From an uncultured Lachnospiraceae bacterium (lineage in GTDB: Bacteria; Bacillota; Clostridia; Lachnospirales; Lachnospiraceae), in NCBI GenBank assembly GCA_947176965.1, contig CAMWSU010000001.1, positions 68,888 through 132,887 of the forward strand: 64,000 nt of DNA. The letters run 5' to 3'. The notes under the pieces were generated by a model that searched no databases, was not told the origin of the DNA, and saw only the letters and a program-made list of their open reading frames with translations. Position numbers and translations under genes: made by a program. This document shows, piece after piece, positions 37,454 through 46,521 of this stretch. The stretch's first letter is position 1. The number at the start of each line of letters is the position of its first letter.

Positions 37454-37540
37454 CGTGAAGAGAAGTTCTAAGGTGCCCCAAAACGTCACCTAAGAACTTC
37501 TAAAGCTTCACGCAGGAGAATGCCCGTTAGGGCATTCTCC
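37453..37540 (+). repeat. Composite hairpin module: CTAAG-type long hairpin + GAATGCCC hairpin
   Basis: GCGTGAAG..AGAAGTTCTAAGGTG-loop-CACCTAAGAACTTCT..CTTCACGC, then GGAGAATGCCC-GTTA-GGGCATTCTCC. The first hairpin shares GTTCTAAGGT...ACCTAAGAAC.TCTAAA with the hairpin at 44999-45039. Confidence 0.65.
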
Positions 37541-37568
37541 CTAATAGATTTCAAAGGAGAAAAAAACA

Positions 37569-38750
37569 ATGTTTTCAGCTTTTTTGATCAAATATGCGGA
37601 AATTGGAATCAAAGGAAAGAACCGTTATCTTTTTGAGGATGCGCTGGTAAGTGACATCAAATATGCGCTGCGCCGCTGTGACGGCAGTTTCCGCGTGCAT
37701 AAGGCGGACGGGCGCATCTACGTCGATGCGCTGTCTGAATTTGATTATGACGAGACGGTGGGCAACCTAAAGACCGTGTTCGGTGTTTCGGGTATCTGCC
37801 CGGTCGTTCATGTGGAGGACTTAGGCTTTGAGCAACTGACGAAGGATGTGCTTTCCTACATGGACAACGTATATGCGGACAAGCATAAAACGTTTAAGGT
37901 GTTTGCCAGACGCGCAAGAAAAAATTATCCGATGCAGTCGCCGCAGATGAATGAGGAATTGGGTGCGGCGATCTTAGAGGCGTTCCCGGATTTCCGTGTG
38001 GATGTGCATCATCCCGACATTCAGCTCAATGTGGAGGTGCGCGAGAAGATTTATTTATATTCCGAGGTAATACCGGGACCGGGCGGTCTTCCGCTCGGGA
38101 CAAACGGAAAGGCGATGCTCCTGCTTTCCGGCGGGATTGATTCTCCGGTCGCGGGCTATATGATCGCGAAGCGCGGCGTGCATATCGACGCTGTTTATTT
38201 TCATGCGCCGCCCTATACGTCGGAGCGCGCGAAGCAGAAGGTGGTCGATCTGGCAAAGCTGATCGCACGCTACACGGGACCGATCGATCTGCATGTCATC
38301 AATTTTACGGACATTCAGCTCTATATTTATGAAAAATGTCCGCATGACGAGCTGACGATCATTATGCGCCGTTACATGATGCGCATTGCCGAGACGCTTG
38401 CGGGCAAAAATAATTGCTTAGGACTGGTGACGGGGGAGAGTATCGGACAGGTTGCCTCCCAGACGATGGCGAGCCTAGCCTGTACGGATGACGCGTGCAG
38501 CATGCCGGTCTATCGGCCGCTCATCGGCTTTGATAAAAATGACATCGTCGAGATTGCCGAGAAGATCAATACCTACGAGACGTCCATCCTGCCGTTTGAG
38601 GACTGCTGCACGATCTTCGTGGCGAAGCATCCCGTGACGAAGCCCAACCTCAAGGTCATCCGTGACCATGAGACAAATTTAAAGGAGAAGATCGACATGC
38701 TGGTGCAGACAGCGCTTGAGACGGATGAAGTCATTCATATCGAGGCGTGA
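37569..38750 (+). CDS. thiI: tRNA uracil 4-sulfurtransferase ThiI
   Basis: THUMP-type N-terminus (FLIKYAEIGIKGKNR) and PP-loop LLLSGGIDSPVA. Confidence 0.95.
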   Translation: MFSAFLIKYAEIGIKGKNRYLFEDALVSDIKYALRRCDGSFRVHKADGRIYVDALSEFDYDETVGNLKTVFGVSGICPVVHVEDLGFEQLTKDVLSYMDNVYADKHKTFKVFARRARKNYPMQSPQMNEELGAAILEAFPDFRVDVHHPDIQLNVEVREKIYLYSEVIPGPGGLPLGTNGKAMLLLSGGIDSPVAGYMIAKRGVHIDAVYFHAPPYTSERAKQKVVDLAKLIARYTGPIDLHVINFTDIQLYIYEKCPHDELTIIMRRYMMRIAETLAGKNNCLGLVTGESIGQVASQTMASLACTDDACSMPVYRPLIGFDKNDIVEIAEKINTYETSILPFEDCCTIFVAKHPVTKPNLKVIRDHETNLKEKIDMLVQTALETDEVIHIEA

Positions 38751-38759
38751 TAAGGGTGC

Positions 38760-38790
38760 AAAAAAAGCAAGGCGTTCACCTTGCTTTTTT
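38760..38790. terminator. Bidirectional Rho-independent terminator between thiI (+) and the HPr-like gene (-)
   Basis: A7-GCAAGG-CGTTCA-CCTTGC-T6. Confidence 0.85.
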
Positions 38791-38821
38791 ACCACATGTA
38801 CCTGTGTATGTGTTCCATTGA

Positions 38822-39052
38822 TTAGATCATGTACGGCTTAATGATGTCAAGAACATCGTCGATGTTGTCTTCTGCATGGATATTTAATTCGATCGGCTTG
38901 GATAAGTCTAAGCTGAAAATACCCATGATGGATTTTGCATCGATAACATATCTGCCGGAAACTAAATCAAAGTCATAATCGAATTTTGTAATATCGTTTA
39001 CGAACGATTTTACTTTGTCAATGGAATTCAAAGAAATCTTCACTGTCTTCAT
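38822..39052 (-). CDS. HPr-fold protein lacking the His15 phosphorylation site (Crh-like, Ser46 region retained)
   Basis: 76 aa. YVIDAKSIMGIFSLDL aligns with the HPr Ser46 region (VNLKSIMGVMSL). The position equivalent to G-I-H15-A-R-P reads S-I-D-K-V-K. AAGGAGG RBS on the minus strand. Confidence 0.7.
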   Translation of the reverse strand: MKTVKISLNSIDKVKSFVNDITKFDYDFDLVSGRYVIDAKSIMGIFSLDLSKPIELNIHAEDNIDDVLDIIKPYMI

Positions 39053-39168
39053 TGATCATTACCTCCTTATATTTTTGGTTGCGCGGTCATTTGAACCACA
39101 TCATCATCTTAATTGCTAAAAAAGGAAAAGTCAATACATAAAACAATACAAAAAAAACGAGGTTTCCT

Positions 39169-40545
39169 ATGAAAAGTGTAGCATTACATAATCTTGGCTG
39201 CAAGGTGAATACTTATGAAATGGACGTTATGCGGCAAATGTTACAAGAAAACGGCTATGAAATTGTGCCATTTGTTCAAAAAGCAGACATTTATATCATT
39301 AATACCTGTACCGTGACAAATATTGCGGATCGAAAAAGCAGACAGATGCTGCACCGCGCCAGAAAGCAGAATCCGCAGGCAGTGGTCGTTGCGGTCGGCT
39401 GTTATGTGCAGACAGCTCTTCACGCGGAGGATTTAGGTGCCGATATTATCATAGGGAATAATCGGAAAGGACAGATTGTCCGTATTTTAGACGAATATTT
39501 TGCGGCTCATGCGGCACATGATACCGTAGTGGATATTGCGCATACGGACGAATATGAGGAGCTGGTTTTGACAAAACCGCAGGAGCATGTGCGGGCATTC
39601 TTAAAGATTCAGGACGGATGCAATCAGTTTTGTACTTACTGCGCGATCCCGCTTGCGCGTGGACGTGTCAGAAGCAGAAAGCAGGAGAGCATTCTTGCAG
39701 AGGCGCGTGCGCTGGCGGATGCCGGCTGCAAAGAGCTTGTGCTCACGGGGATTCATTTGAGCTCGTACGGGCTGGATTTTCTCGGAATCCGGTCGGCGGA
39801 TTATCGGGATGCCGCCAAAGCGGGCTTTCTTGCGGAATTGGTGGAACAGCTTGCTGAAGTTCCGGGAATATGCCGGATCCGGCTTGGTTCCTTAGAGCCG
39901 CGGATCGTGACACAGGAGCTTGCCGAACGCCTTGCGAAATGCAAGAAGCTCTGTCCGCATTTTCATTTATCCCTGCAAAGCGGATGCGATACGGTCTTAA
40001 AGCGGATGAACCGCCATTATGATACGGAGTACTTTGCGCAGAGTGTAAAGATTTTAAGGGAGGCGTTTGGGCGCGCTGCGGTCACGACGGATGTGATCGT
40101 CGGTTTTCCGGGAGAAACAGAGGAGGAATTTGCCGCGACGAAAGCGTATGCGGAACGCATCGGATTTTATGAGATGCATGTGTTCAAATATTCCAAACGA
40201 GAGGGGACGCCGGCCGCGGTGATGGAAGAGCAGGTTCCGGACAGCGTCAAAGCGCGCAGGAGCGATGAATTGATCGCGGTATCAGAACGACTTTCCGAGG
40301 CATACCGCGCGCAGTATATCGGGCAGCCGATGGAGATTCTTACGGAGGAGTATAAGGAGATCGGGGGCGTGCGGTACCTGATCGGACATACGGAGGATTA
40401 TGTGCTGGCGGCAGTGCAGGAAGGGGAAATCCGGCCGAACCGGATCGTACGGGGAATCGGGGAAAGACTGCTAAAGGACGGTGAGTTACAGGTTATTTTA
40501 TTAAGGGAGATAAGTCTCATTGCAAAATTCGGGGAAGTAGAGTAG
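39169..40545 (+). CDS. mtaB: tRNA (t6A37) methylthiotransferase MtaB (radical SAM, MiaB family)
   Basis: N-terminal cluster HNLGCKVNTYE...CTVT, radical-SAM CNQFCTYCAIP, and a TRAM-like C-terminus. Confidence 0.9.
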   Translation: MKSVALHNLGCKVNTYEMDVMRQMLQENGYEIVPFVQKADIYIINTCTVTNIADRKSRQMLHRARKQNPQAVVVAVGCYVQTALHAEDLGADIIIGNNRKGQIVRILDEYFAAHAAHDTVVDIAHTDEYEELVLTKPQEHVRAFLKIQDGCNQFCTYCAIPLARGRVRSRKQESILAEARALADAGCKELVLTGIHLSSYGLDFLGIRSADYRDAAKAGFLAELVEQLAEVPGICRIRLGSLEPRIVTQELAERLAKCKKLCPHFHLSLQSGCDTVLKRMNRHYDTEYFAQSVKILREAFGRAAVTTDVIVGFPGETEEEFAATKAYAERIGFYEMHVFKYSKREGTPAAVMEEQVPDSVKARRSDELIAVSERLSEAYRAQYIGQPMEILTEEYKEIGGVRYLIGHTEDYVLAAVQEGEIRPNRIVRGIGERLLKDGELQVILLREISLIAKFGEVE

Positions 40546-40623
40546 AATAGAAGCAGTATGGTACGCGTGGAGGTGTCGGTATAGGGACAGGCACTGATCG
40601 TCTCAGATAAAGGAAGTGGCGAA

Positions 40624-40893
40624 ATGGCAGATTTGGGAAATACACAATTTTTCAGGGTAGAGACAGAACCGGAGATTCAGGTACAGGAGGTTCTTCGCGC
40701 GGTGTATGAGGCGCTGACGGAGAAAGGCTATAATCCGGTCAATCAGATCGTGGGGTATATTATGTCGGGAGATCCGACCTATATTACCAGCCATAAGAAC
40801 GCCCGGACGATGATCATGAAGGTGGAACGCGATGAGCTGGTGGAGGAAATGCTGGCGCAGTATATCCGTTTCAACGGATGGGATGAGAAATAA
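40624..40893 (+). CDS. ireB: IreB-family regulatory phosphoprotein (UPF0297/YrzL)
   Basis: TQFFRVE...VLRAVYEALTEKGYNPVNQIVGYIMSGDPTYITSHKNAR is the family hallmark. Confidence 0.9.
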   Translation: MADLGNTQFFRVETEPEIQVQEVLRAVYEALTEKGYNPVNQIVGYIMSGDPTYITSHKNARTMIMKVERDELVEEMLAQYIRFNGWDEK

Positions 40894-40970
40894 AAGTGAA
40901 AATAAATTTTCACTCATAAGTTTTGCGCGTAAGCACAAAACTTGCAGGTCGTGTAAGAATGGGGATTTGT

Positions 40971-41423
40971 ATGCGGATCATGGGACTGGATTTCGGCTCT
41001 AAGACGGTGGGCGTGGCATTGAGTGATGAGCTGCTCATCACGGCACAGGGCAAGGAGATCATTCGCAGGGAGCAGGAGAATAAGCTGCGCAGGACATGTG
41101 CGCGGATCGAGGAACTGATAGAGGAGTATGGCGTCGGGCAGATCGTACTCGGACTGCCGAAGAACATGAACGACACGCAGGGAGTCCGTGCGGAGAAAAC
41201 GCGTGAGTTCGGTGAAATGCTTGAAAGGCGTACGGGACTTCCCGTAGCATATTGGGATGAGCGCCTTACGACGGTGGCGGCTGATAGGACGATGATGGAA
41301 GCGGGGATACGCAGGGAGCATCGCCGCGACTATGTGGATATGATCGCGGCAGTCCTGATCTTACAGGGGTATCTTGACCGCCGCGCCATGCAGGAAAAAG
41401 AGAGCGGGCACGCGGAAGAATAA
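40971..41423 (+). CDS. ruvX: Holliday junction resolvase-like RuvX (YqgF)
   Basis: [19 protein letters not shown]...[11 protein letters not shown]...WDERLTT. The start is 40971 or 40980. Confidence 0.9.
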   Translation: MRIMGLDFGSKTVGVALSDELLITAQGKEIIRREQENKLRRTCARIEELIEEYGVGQIVLGLPKNMNDTQGVRAEKTREFGEMLERRTGLPVAYWDERLTTVAADRTMMEAGIRREHRRDYVDMIAAVLILQGYLDRRAMQEKESGHAEE

Positions 41424-41446
41424 TGCTATAGCGAAAAAATGAACGC

Positions 41447-41749
41447 ATGACGGATGAGGATTGCGATGATGGCAGTATGGTCATCACAGACGGAGAATCT
41501 ATGGAACAGGATCAGATTGTATTAGAGGGCGAGAACGGCGAAAAACTGATATTTTATGTATTAGAGCAGACGCGGATAGCGGGCAGGAGCTATCTGCTTG
41601 TGACAGACAGCAAAGACGAGGAGGCGACGGCGGTCATTCTGCGCGATGATTCCAAGGATACGGACTTAGAGAGCGTGTATGTGTTCGTGGAGGACGATGC
41701 GGAGTTTGAGGCGATCGCGGGTGTTTTCGAAGGAATGCTGGATGAGTAA
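41447..41749 (+). CDS. DUF1292 (YrzB-like) protein
   Basis: IVLEGENGEKLIFYVLEQTRIAGRSYLLV...VFVEDDAEFEAI pattern. The best SD (ACGGAGA) precedes ATG 41501, so the true start may be there. Confidence 0.75.
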   Translation: MTDEDCDDGSMVITDGESMEQDQIVLEGENGEKLIFYVLEQTRIAGRSYLLVTDSKDEEATAVILRDDSKDTDLESVYVFVEDDAEFEAIAGVFEGMLDE

Positions 41750-41797
41750 AGACGTTGATTTCCGGTTATAATCAAAAAAGGATTGTGATCGGAACGG

Positions 41798-43507
41798 ATG
41801 AACAAAGATGTGGAGGAAATTTTTTTGAAAAGAAAGGAAAAAGAAGGAAGCCATGCTTCAGGTCTGCGGATTATTCCGCTCGGAGGGCTGGAGCAGATTG
41901 GCATGAACATTACTGCCTTCGAGTATGAGGACAGTATTATTGTGGTGGACTGCGGACTGAGTTTTCCCGCAGATGATATGCTTGGAATTGATTTAGTCAT
42001 TCCGGATGTGACGTACTTAAAGGAACATATAGATAAGGTGAAAGGCTTTGTGATCACGCACGGGCATGAAGATCATATCGGCGCGCTGCCTTATGTGTTA
42101 AAAGAGATCAACGTGCCGGTATATGCGACGCGTCTGACCATGGGGATCATTGAGAACAAGCTGCGCGAGCATGAGCTGATGAAAGTGACGAAGCGCAAGG
42201 TCGTGAAATTCGGACAGTCCATTAACCTGGGACAGTTCCGAGTAGAGTATATCAAGACAAATCATAGTATTGTGGATGCAGCGGCGCTCGCAATTTATTC
42301 GCCCGCGGGAACGGTCATCCATACGGGAGATTTTAAGGTGGATTATACGCCGGTATTCGGCGATGCGATCGACTTGGGACGGTTTGCGGAGATCGGTAAA
42401 AAGGGTGTGCTTGCGTTAATGTGTGATTCCACGAATGCGGAGCGGCCGGGCTTTACTCTGTCTGAGAAGACCGTCGGAAAGACGATCGACACGATTTTTC
42501 AGGAGCATAAGGATACGCGCATTATCATTGCGACGTTTGCGTCGAATGTGGACCGCGTGCAGCAGATCATCAATTCCGCTTACCGCTTCGGCCGCAAGGT
42601 CGTTGTGGAGGGGCGCAGCATGGTGAATATCATTGAGACGGCGTCCGCGCTGGAATGTCTCAATATACCGGAAAATACGCTGATCGATATTGAGCAGCTC
42701 AAAAACTATCCCGACGAGCAGACCGTTATCATCACGACGGGGTCCCAGGGTGAGAGCATGGCGGCGTTAAGCCGTATGGCAAACGGAACGCACAGAAAAA
42801 TATCCATCAAACCGAATGATACGATCATTTTTTCGTCCAATCCGATTCCGGGCAACGAGAAAGCGGTCACGAACGTGATCAATGAGCTGTTGATGAAAGG
42901 GGCGGATGTGATCTTTCAGGATGTGCATGTGTCGGGGCATGCGTGTCAGGAGGAGATCAAGCTGATCTACACGCTGACAAGGCCGAAATACGCGATCCCC
43001 GTGCATGGAGAATATAAGCACTTAAAAGCGCAGGCGAAGCTTGCGATGGAGTTGGGCATTCCCAAGGAACATATTTTTATTGTTTCTTCGGGCGATGTGC
43101 TTGAACTTTCCGAAGAAAAGGCGGCCGTGACGGGAAAAGTGGCGGTCGGAGAGGTGCTCGTGGACGGACTTGGCGTGGGGGATGTCGGCAATGTCGTGCT
43201 GCGCGACAGGCAGCATTTGGCGGAAGACGGCATCATCATTGTCGTGATGGCGCTGGACTCCTATTCCGGACAGCTTGCTTCGGGACCGGAGATCGTTTCG
43301 CGCGGGTTTGTGTATGTGCGCGAATCCGACGAGCTGATGGCGGAGGCGAGGGAACTTGTGTCGTCCCAGGTATTGCGATGCCTGGACCGTAATGTGACGG
43401 ACTGGGGAAAGATCAAAGCGACGATCAAGGACTGCTTAAGCGATTTTGTTTGGAAAAAGACGAAGCGCAGACCGATGATCCTGCCGATCATTATGGATGT
43501 GGAATAA
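41798..43507 (+). CDS. rnj: Ribonuclease J
   Basis: Metallo-beta-lactamase motif VITHGHEDHIGALPY, plus beta-CASP and a C-terminal domain. About 560 aa. Confidence 0.95.
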   Translation: MNKDVEEIFLKRKEKEGSHASGLRIIPLGGLEQIGMNITAFEYEDSIIVVDCGLSFPADDMLGIDLVIPDVTYLKEHIDKVKGFVITHGHEDHIGALPYVLKEINVPVYATRLTMGIIENKLREHELMKVTKRKVVKFGQSINLGQFRVEYIKTNHSIVDAAALAIYSPAGTVIHTGDFKVDYTPVFGDAIDLGRFAEIGKKGVLALMCDSTNAERPGFTLSEKTVGKTIDTIFQEHKDTRIIIATFASNVDRVQQIINSAYRFGRKVVVEGRSMVNIIETASALECLNIPENTLIDIEQLKNYPDEQTVIITTGSQGESMAALSRMANGTHRKISIKPNDTIIFSSNPIPGNEKAVTNVINELLMKGADVIFQDVHVSGHACQEEIKLIYTLTRPKYAIPVHGEYKHLKAQAKLAMELGIPKEHIFIVSSGDVLELSEEKAAVTGKVAVGEVLVDGLGVGDVGNVVLRDRQHLAEDGIIIVVMALDSYSGQLASGPEIVSRGFVYVRESDELMAEARELVSSQVLRCLDRNVTDWGKIKATIKDCLSDFVWKKTKRRPMILPIIMDVE

Positions 43508-43563
43508 AAAAGAAATGCGCCAAGGCGCATTTCTTTCGAAGAATCCGCCTTGGCGGATTCTTC
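43508..43563 (+). repeat. Double-hairpin intergenic module, copy B
   Basis: It begins right after the rnj stop TAA. The hairpins are GAAATGCGCC..GGCGCATTTC and GAAGAATCCGCC..GGCGGATTCTTC. It is homologous to 4169-4223. Confidence 0.7.
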
Positions 43564-43623
43564 CTGACGGGGATAATCCCTGTGGGAATGATATAGGAAT
43601 GCGTGCAAAGGACGAAAAAGGTT

Positions 43624-43968
43624 ATGAAGAACTTAGAGCAGGCGTTGAATGCATTTGTAGACTGTGTAAAAGAATCGGACACGTATCAGAAATATGTGCA
43701 GGAGAGGAAGCAGATTGAGCTTTATCCGGATCTAAAATGGAGAATCGATGAATATCGAAGAAGGATGTTTATCCTGCAGAATACCGAGGACGGCGATAAG
43801 CTGTTTGATGAAGTGGAGCAGCTGGAAGCGGAAGGTGCAAGCTTGCGGGACAATGGGCTTGTCAACGATTTTCTTGCGGCGGAGCTTTCTTTTTGCAGGA
43901 TGATGCAGGATGTCTATACCCGGATCACGGCGGAGCTGGAGTTTGACATGACGCTTGGAAAGGAATAG
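43624..43968 (+). CDS. YlbF/YmcA-family protein
   Basis: MKNLEQALNAFVDCVKESDTYQKYVQERKQIELYPDLKWRIDEY... is helical and resembles the YlbF/YmcA N-terminus. The start may be GTG 43603. Confidence 0.65.
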   Translation: MKNLEQALNAFVDCVKESDTYQKYVQERKQIELYPDLKWRIDEYRRRMFILQNTEDGDKLFDEVEQLEAEGASLRDNGLVNDFLAAELSFCRMMQDVYTRITAELEFDMTLGKE

Positions 43969-43978
43969 GTTATTCAAA

Positions 43979-44356
43979 ATGGACGTAAAACAGATCATCA
44001 GAGGGATCGCGGCGCTTGTGATCAAAGTGGCGGTGATGGTACTTGTGGTATTCATTATTTACCGCCTTGCTTTATCGGCATATACGTTCGGCTATCGCAT
44101 TTTTGCGGAGGAGCCGATGACCCAGGGCGAGGGCGTTACCGTGTCCGTGGCAGTGACGGAAGAAGATGATGTCAAATCGCTCGGACAGAAGCTGTATGAT
44201 AAGGGATTGATCCGCAGCACCAGATTGTTTTATTTTCAGGAGCTGTTATCCAATTATCACGGGATTGAGCAGCCGGGCGTATACGAGTTGAATACAAGTA
44301 TGACGGTCGAGGAGATGCTGGAGAAGATTTCCGAGGGAATGCCGGAAAGGAATTAA
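43979..44356 (+). CDS. MltG/YceG-like N-terminal fragment-type protein (TM anchor + LysM-like domain only, no catalytic domain)
   Basis: TM helix IAALVIKVAVMVLVVFIIY, then VTVSVAVTEEDDVKSLGQKLYDKGLIRSTRLFYFQ...GVYELNTSMTVEEMLEKI, which resembles the first ~120 aa of MltG. The gene ends 2 nt before the next CDS. Confidence 0.6.
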   Translation: MDVKQIIRGIAALVIKVAVMVLVVFIIYRLALSAYTFGYRIFAEEPMTQGEGVTVSVAVTEEDDVKSLGQKLYDKGLIRSTRLFYFQELLSNYHGIEQPGVYELNTSMTVEEMLEKISEGMPERN

Positions 44357-44358
44357 CA

Positions 44359-45009
44359 GTGGTTGTGGATGAAAGAATGATTGCCTTTATCAATTCTCTT
44401 GATAAAGGCAATTCGGCGTTTTTATACGAATTGGAAAAGACGGCACATGAGACGGCAGTGCCGATCGTGCGGACACAGACGCAGGCGCTTTTGCGTTTTA
44501 TGTTAGCGTTGACAAAGCCGGCTAAGATCCTTGAGGTCGGTACGGCAATCGGATTTTCGGCGCTGCTCATGAGCGATGCGGCGCCGCAGGCGAAGATCAC
44601 GACAATCGAGAAATATGAAAAGCGGATTCCGCTTGCAAAGGAGAATTTCCGCAGGGCCGGCAGGGAAGAACAGATCACGCTTTTAGAGGGCGATGCGGCG
44701 GATATTTTGAAGGAACTGACCGGAAGCTATGATTTCATTTTTATGGATGCGGCAAAGGGGCAGTATTCTCATTTTTTTCCGGACGTGCTCCGGCTGCTTG
44801 CGCCGGGCGGACTGCTCGTGTCGGACAATGTGCTTCAGGACGGGGACGTTATCGAATCCCGCTATGCGGTCACAAGACGGAATCGGACGATTCATGCGAG
44901 AATGCGGGAATATCTGTATGTTCTGACGCATCATGAGGAACTGGAAACAACGATCCTGCCGGTTGGGGACGGCGTGGCATTAAGCGTCAAAAAAATGAAG
45001 ATGTTCTAA
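44359..45009 (+). CDS. Class I SAM-dependent O-methyltransferase (YrrM/TrmR-like)
   Basis: ILEVGTAIGFSALLM SAM motif and DFIFMDAAKGQY. It sits between mltG-like and U32 peptidase genes, as in Bacillus yrrL-yrrM-yrrNO. Confidence 0.8.
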   Translation: MVVDERMIAFINSLDKGNSAFLYELEKTAHETAVPIVRTQTQALLRFMLALTKPAKILEVGTAIGFSALLMSDAAPQAKITTIEKYEKRIPLAKENFRRAGREEQITLLEGDAADILKELTGSYDFIFMDAAKGQYSHFFPDVLRLLAPGGLLVSDNVLQDGDVIESRYAVTRRNRTIHARMREYLYVLTHHEELETTILPVGDGVALSVKKMKMF

Positions 45010-45039
45010 GGTTGGAAAATACCCAACCTAAGAACATCT
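44999..45039 (+). repeat. CTAAG-type hairpin overlapping the stop codon of the methyltransferase gene (terminator-like)
   Basis: AGATGTTCTAAGGTTGG-AAAATAC-CCAACCTAAGAACATCT, with one conserved A-A mismatch. A T-run follows at 45046-45050. Confidence 0.6.
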
Positions 45040-45108
45040 AAATCATTTTTAATTGTTTGTACGAACTAAGGCGATAGATCGGAAAGTATGAGGGAAACGG
45101 AGACGATT

Positions 45109-46356
45109 ATGAGAAACGAGAAACGGGCGGGAAAACCGGAGCTTTTGATACCGGCGGGCAGTCTTGAGGTATTAAAGACGGCCGTGGTATTCGGCGCGGA
45201 TGCGGTGTATATCGGCGGAGAGGTGTTCGGACTGCGCGCAAAAGCAAAGAATTTTTCGATGCAGGAGATGGCGCAGGGAATTGCGTTTGCGCATGCGCAT
45301 GGTGTGCGCGTGTATGTGACCGCCAATATTCTGGCGCATAATGATGACCTTGACGCGGCGGCGGATTATTTTCGCGAATTAAAAGAGATGAAGCCGGATG
45401 CGCTGATCATATCCGATCCGGGAATGTTCATGCTGGCGAAGGAAATCTGTCCGGATACAGAGCTTCATATTTCCACGCAGGCAAATAATACCAATTACGG
45501 TACATATCAGTTTTGGTGGGACTTAGGGGCGCGCAGGGTCGTGTCCGCCAGAGAGCTTTCGCTTGCGGAGATCAGGGAGATCAGAGACCACATCCCGCAG
45601 GACATGGAAATAGAAACCTTTATTCATGGCGCGATGTGCATTTCGTATTCGGGAAGATGCCTGTTAAGTAATTATTTTACGGGAAGGGATGCGAATCAGG
45701 GCGCATGTACGCACCCGTGCCGTTGGAAATACGCGGTGGTCGAGGAGACGAGACCGGGTGAATATCTTCCGGTTTATGAGAACGAGAGAGGAACATTTTT
45801 GTTTAACTCCAAGGATCTGTGCATGGTGGAGCATATCCCGGATCTGATCGAAGCGGGAATCGACAGCTTTAAGGTGGAAGGGCGCATGAAAACGGCGCTC
45901 TATGTGGCGGCGGTGGCGCGAACCTACCGGATGGCGATCGACGACTATTTTGCTTCGCCCGATACCTACCGTGCGAATCTGCCTAAGTATCGCGAGGAGA
46001 TCGTCAAATGCACGTATCGCAAATTTACGACCGGATTTTTTTACGGCAAGCCGGAGCGGGACGCGCAGGTATATGACGATAATACCTATATCAATGAGTA
46101 CGTGTACCTCGGCGTGATCGAGGAGGTGCTGCCGGATGGAAGTTTACGTATCACGCAGCGCAATAAGTTTTCGGTTGACGATGAGGTGGAGCTGATGTGT
46201 CCCGACGGGAGGAATGTTCCGGTTCGGGTGCTTGGCATGAAAACCGAAGACGGGCAAAGTGTATCAAGCTGTCCGCACCCGCAGCAGGTGCTCTATCTTA
46301 CGTTGTCCGAGCCGGCTTCGCAGTATGATCTCATACGGGTCAGAAAAAACGGTTGA
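45109..46356 (+). CDS. Peptidase U32 family protein (YrrO/TrhP-like)
   Basis: KPELLIPAGSLEVLKTAVVFGADAVYIGG...E.F.HGAMC.SYSGRC.LS pattern. ATG 45109 has the better SD (ACGGAG). Confidence 0.88.
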   Translation: MRNEKRAGKPELLIPAGSLEVLKTAVVFGADAVYIGGEVFGLRAKAKNFSMQEMAQGIAFAHAHGVRVYVTANILAHNDDLDAAADYFRELKEMKPDALIISDPGMFMLAKEICPDTELHISTQANNTNYGTYQFWWDLGARRVVSARELSLAEIREIRDHIPQDMEIETFIHGAMCISYSGRCLLSNYFTGRDANQGACTHPCRWKYAVVEETRPGEYLPVYENERGTFLFNSKDLCMVEHIPDLIEAGIDSFKVEGRMKTALYVAAVARTYRMAIDDYFASPDTYRANLPKYREEIVKCTYRKFTTGFFYGKPERDAQVYDDNTYINEYVYLGVIEEVLPDGSLRITQRNKFSVDDEVELMCPDGRNVPVRVLGMKTEDGQSVSSCPHPQQVLYLTLSEPASQYDLIRVRKNG

Positions 46357-46486
46357 CCGTCGCCGCGGAGTCATAGTACAATCAAAAACGGAAAAATTTT
46401 GCTCTTTGGGCTTGCATTTTTTTTGTTTTTAGGTTATCGTAATAAAAACGAAAGACATTTCGTACATATGGTAACCTGAACAATGA

Positions 46487-46521
46487 TGTTCCAAAAGCAA
46501 TTTTGGGGCATTTTTTGTTTT
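46487..46521 (+). promoter_or_regulatory. Terminator-like hairpin + U-tract in the glnN leader (candidate attenuator)
   Basis: TGTTCCAAAA-GCAA-TTTTGGGGCA (10 bp including 2 G-U) followed by TTTTTTGTTTT. It ends only ~6 nt before the SD AAAGGAGG. Confidence 0.45.
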
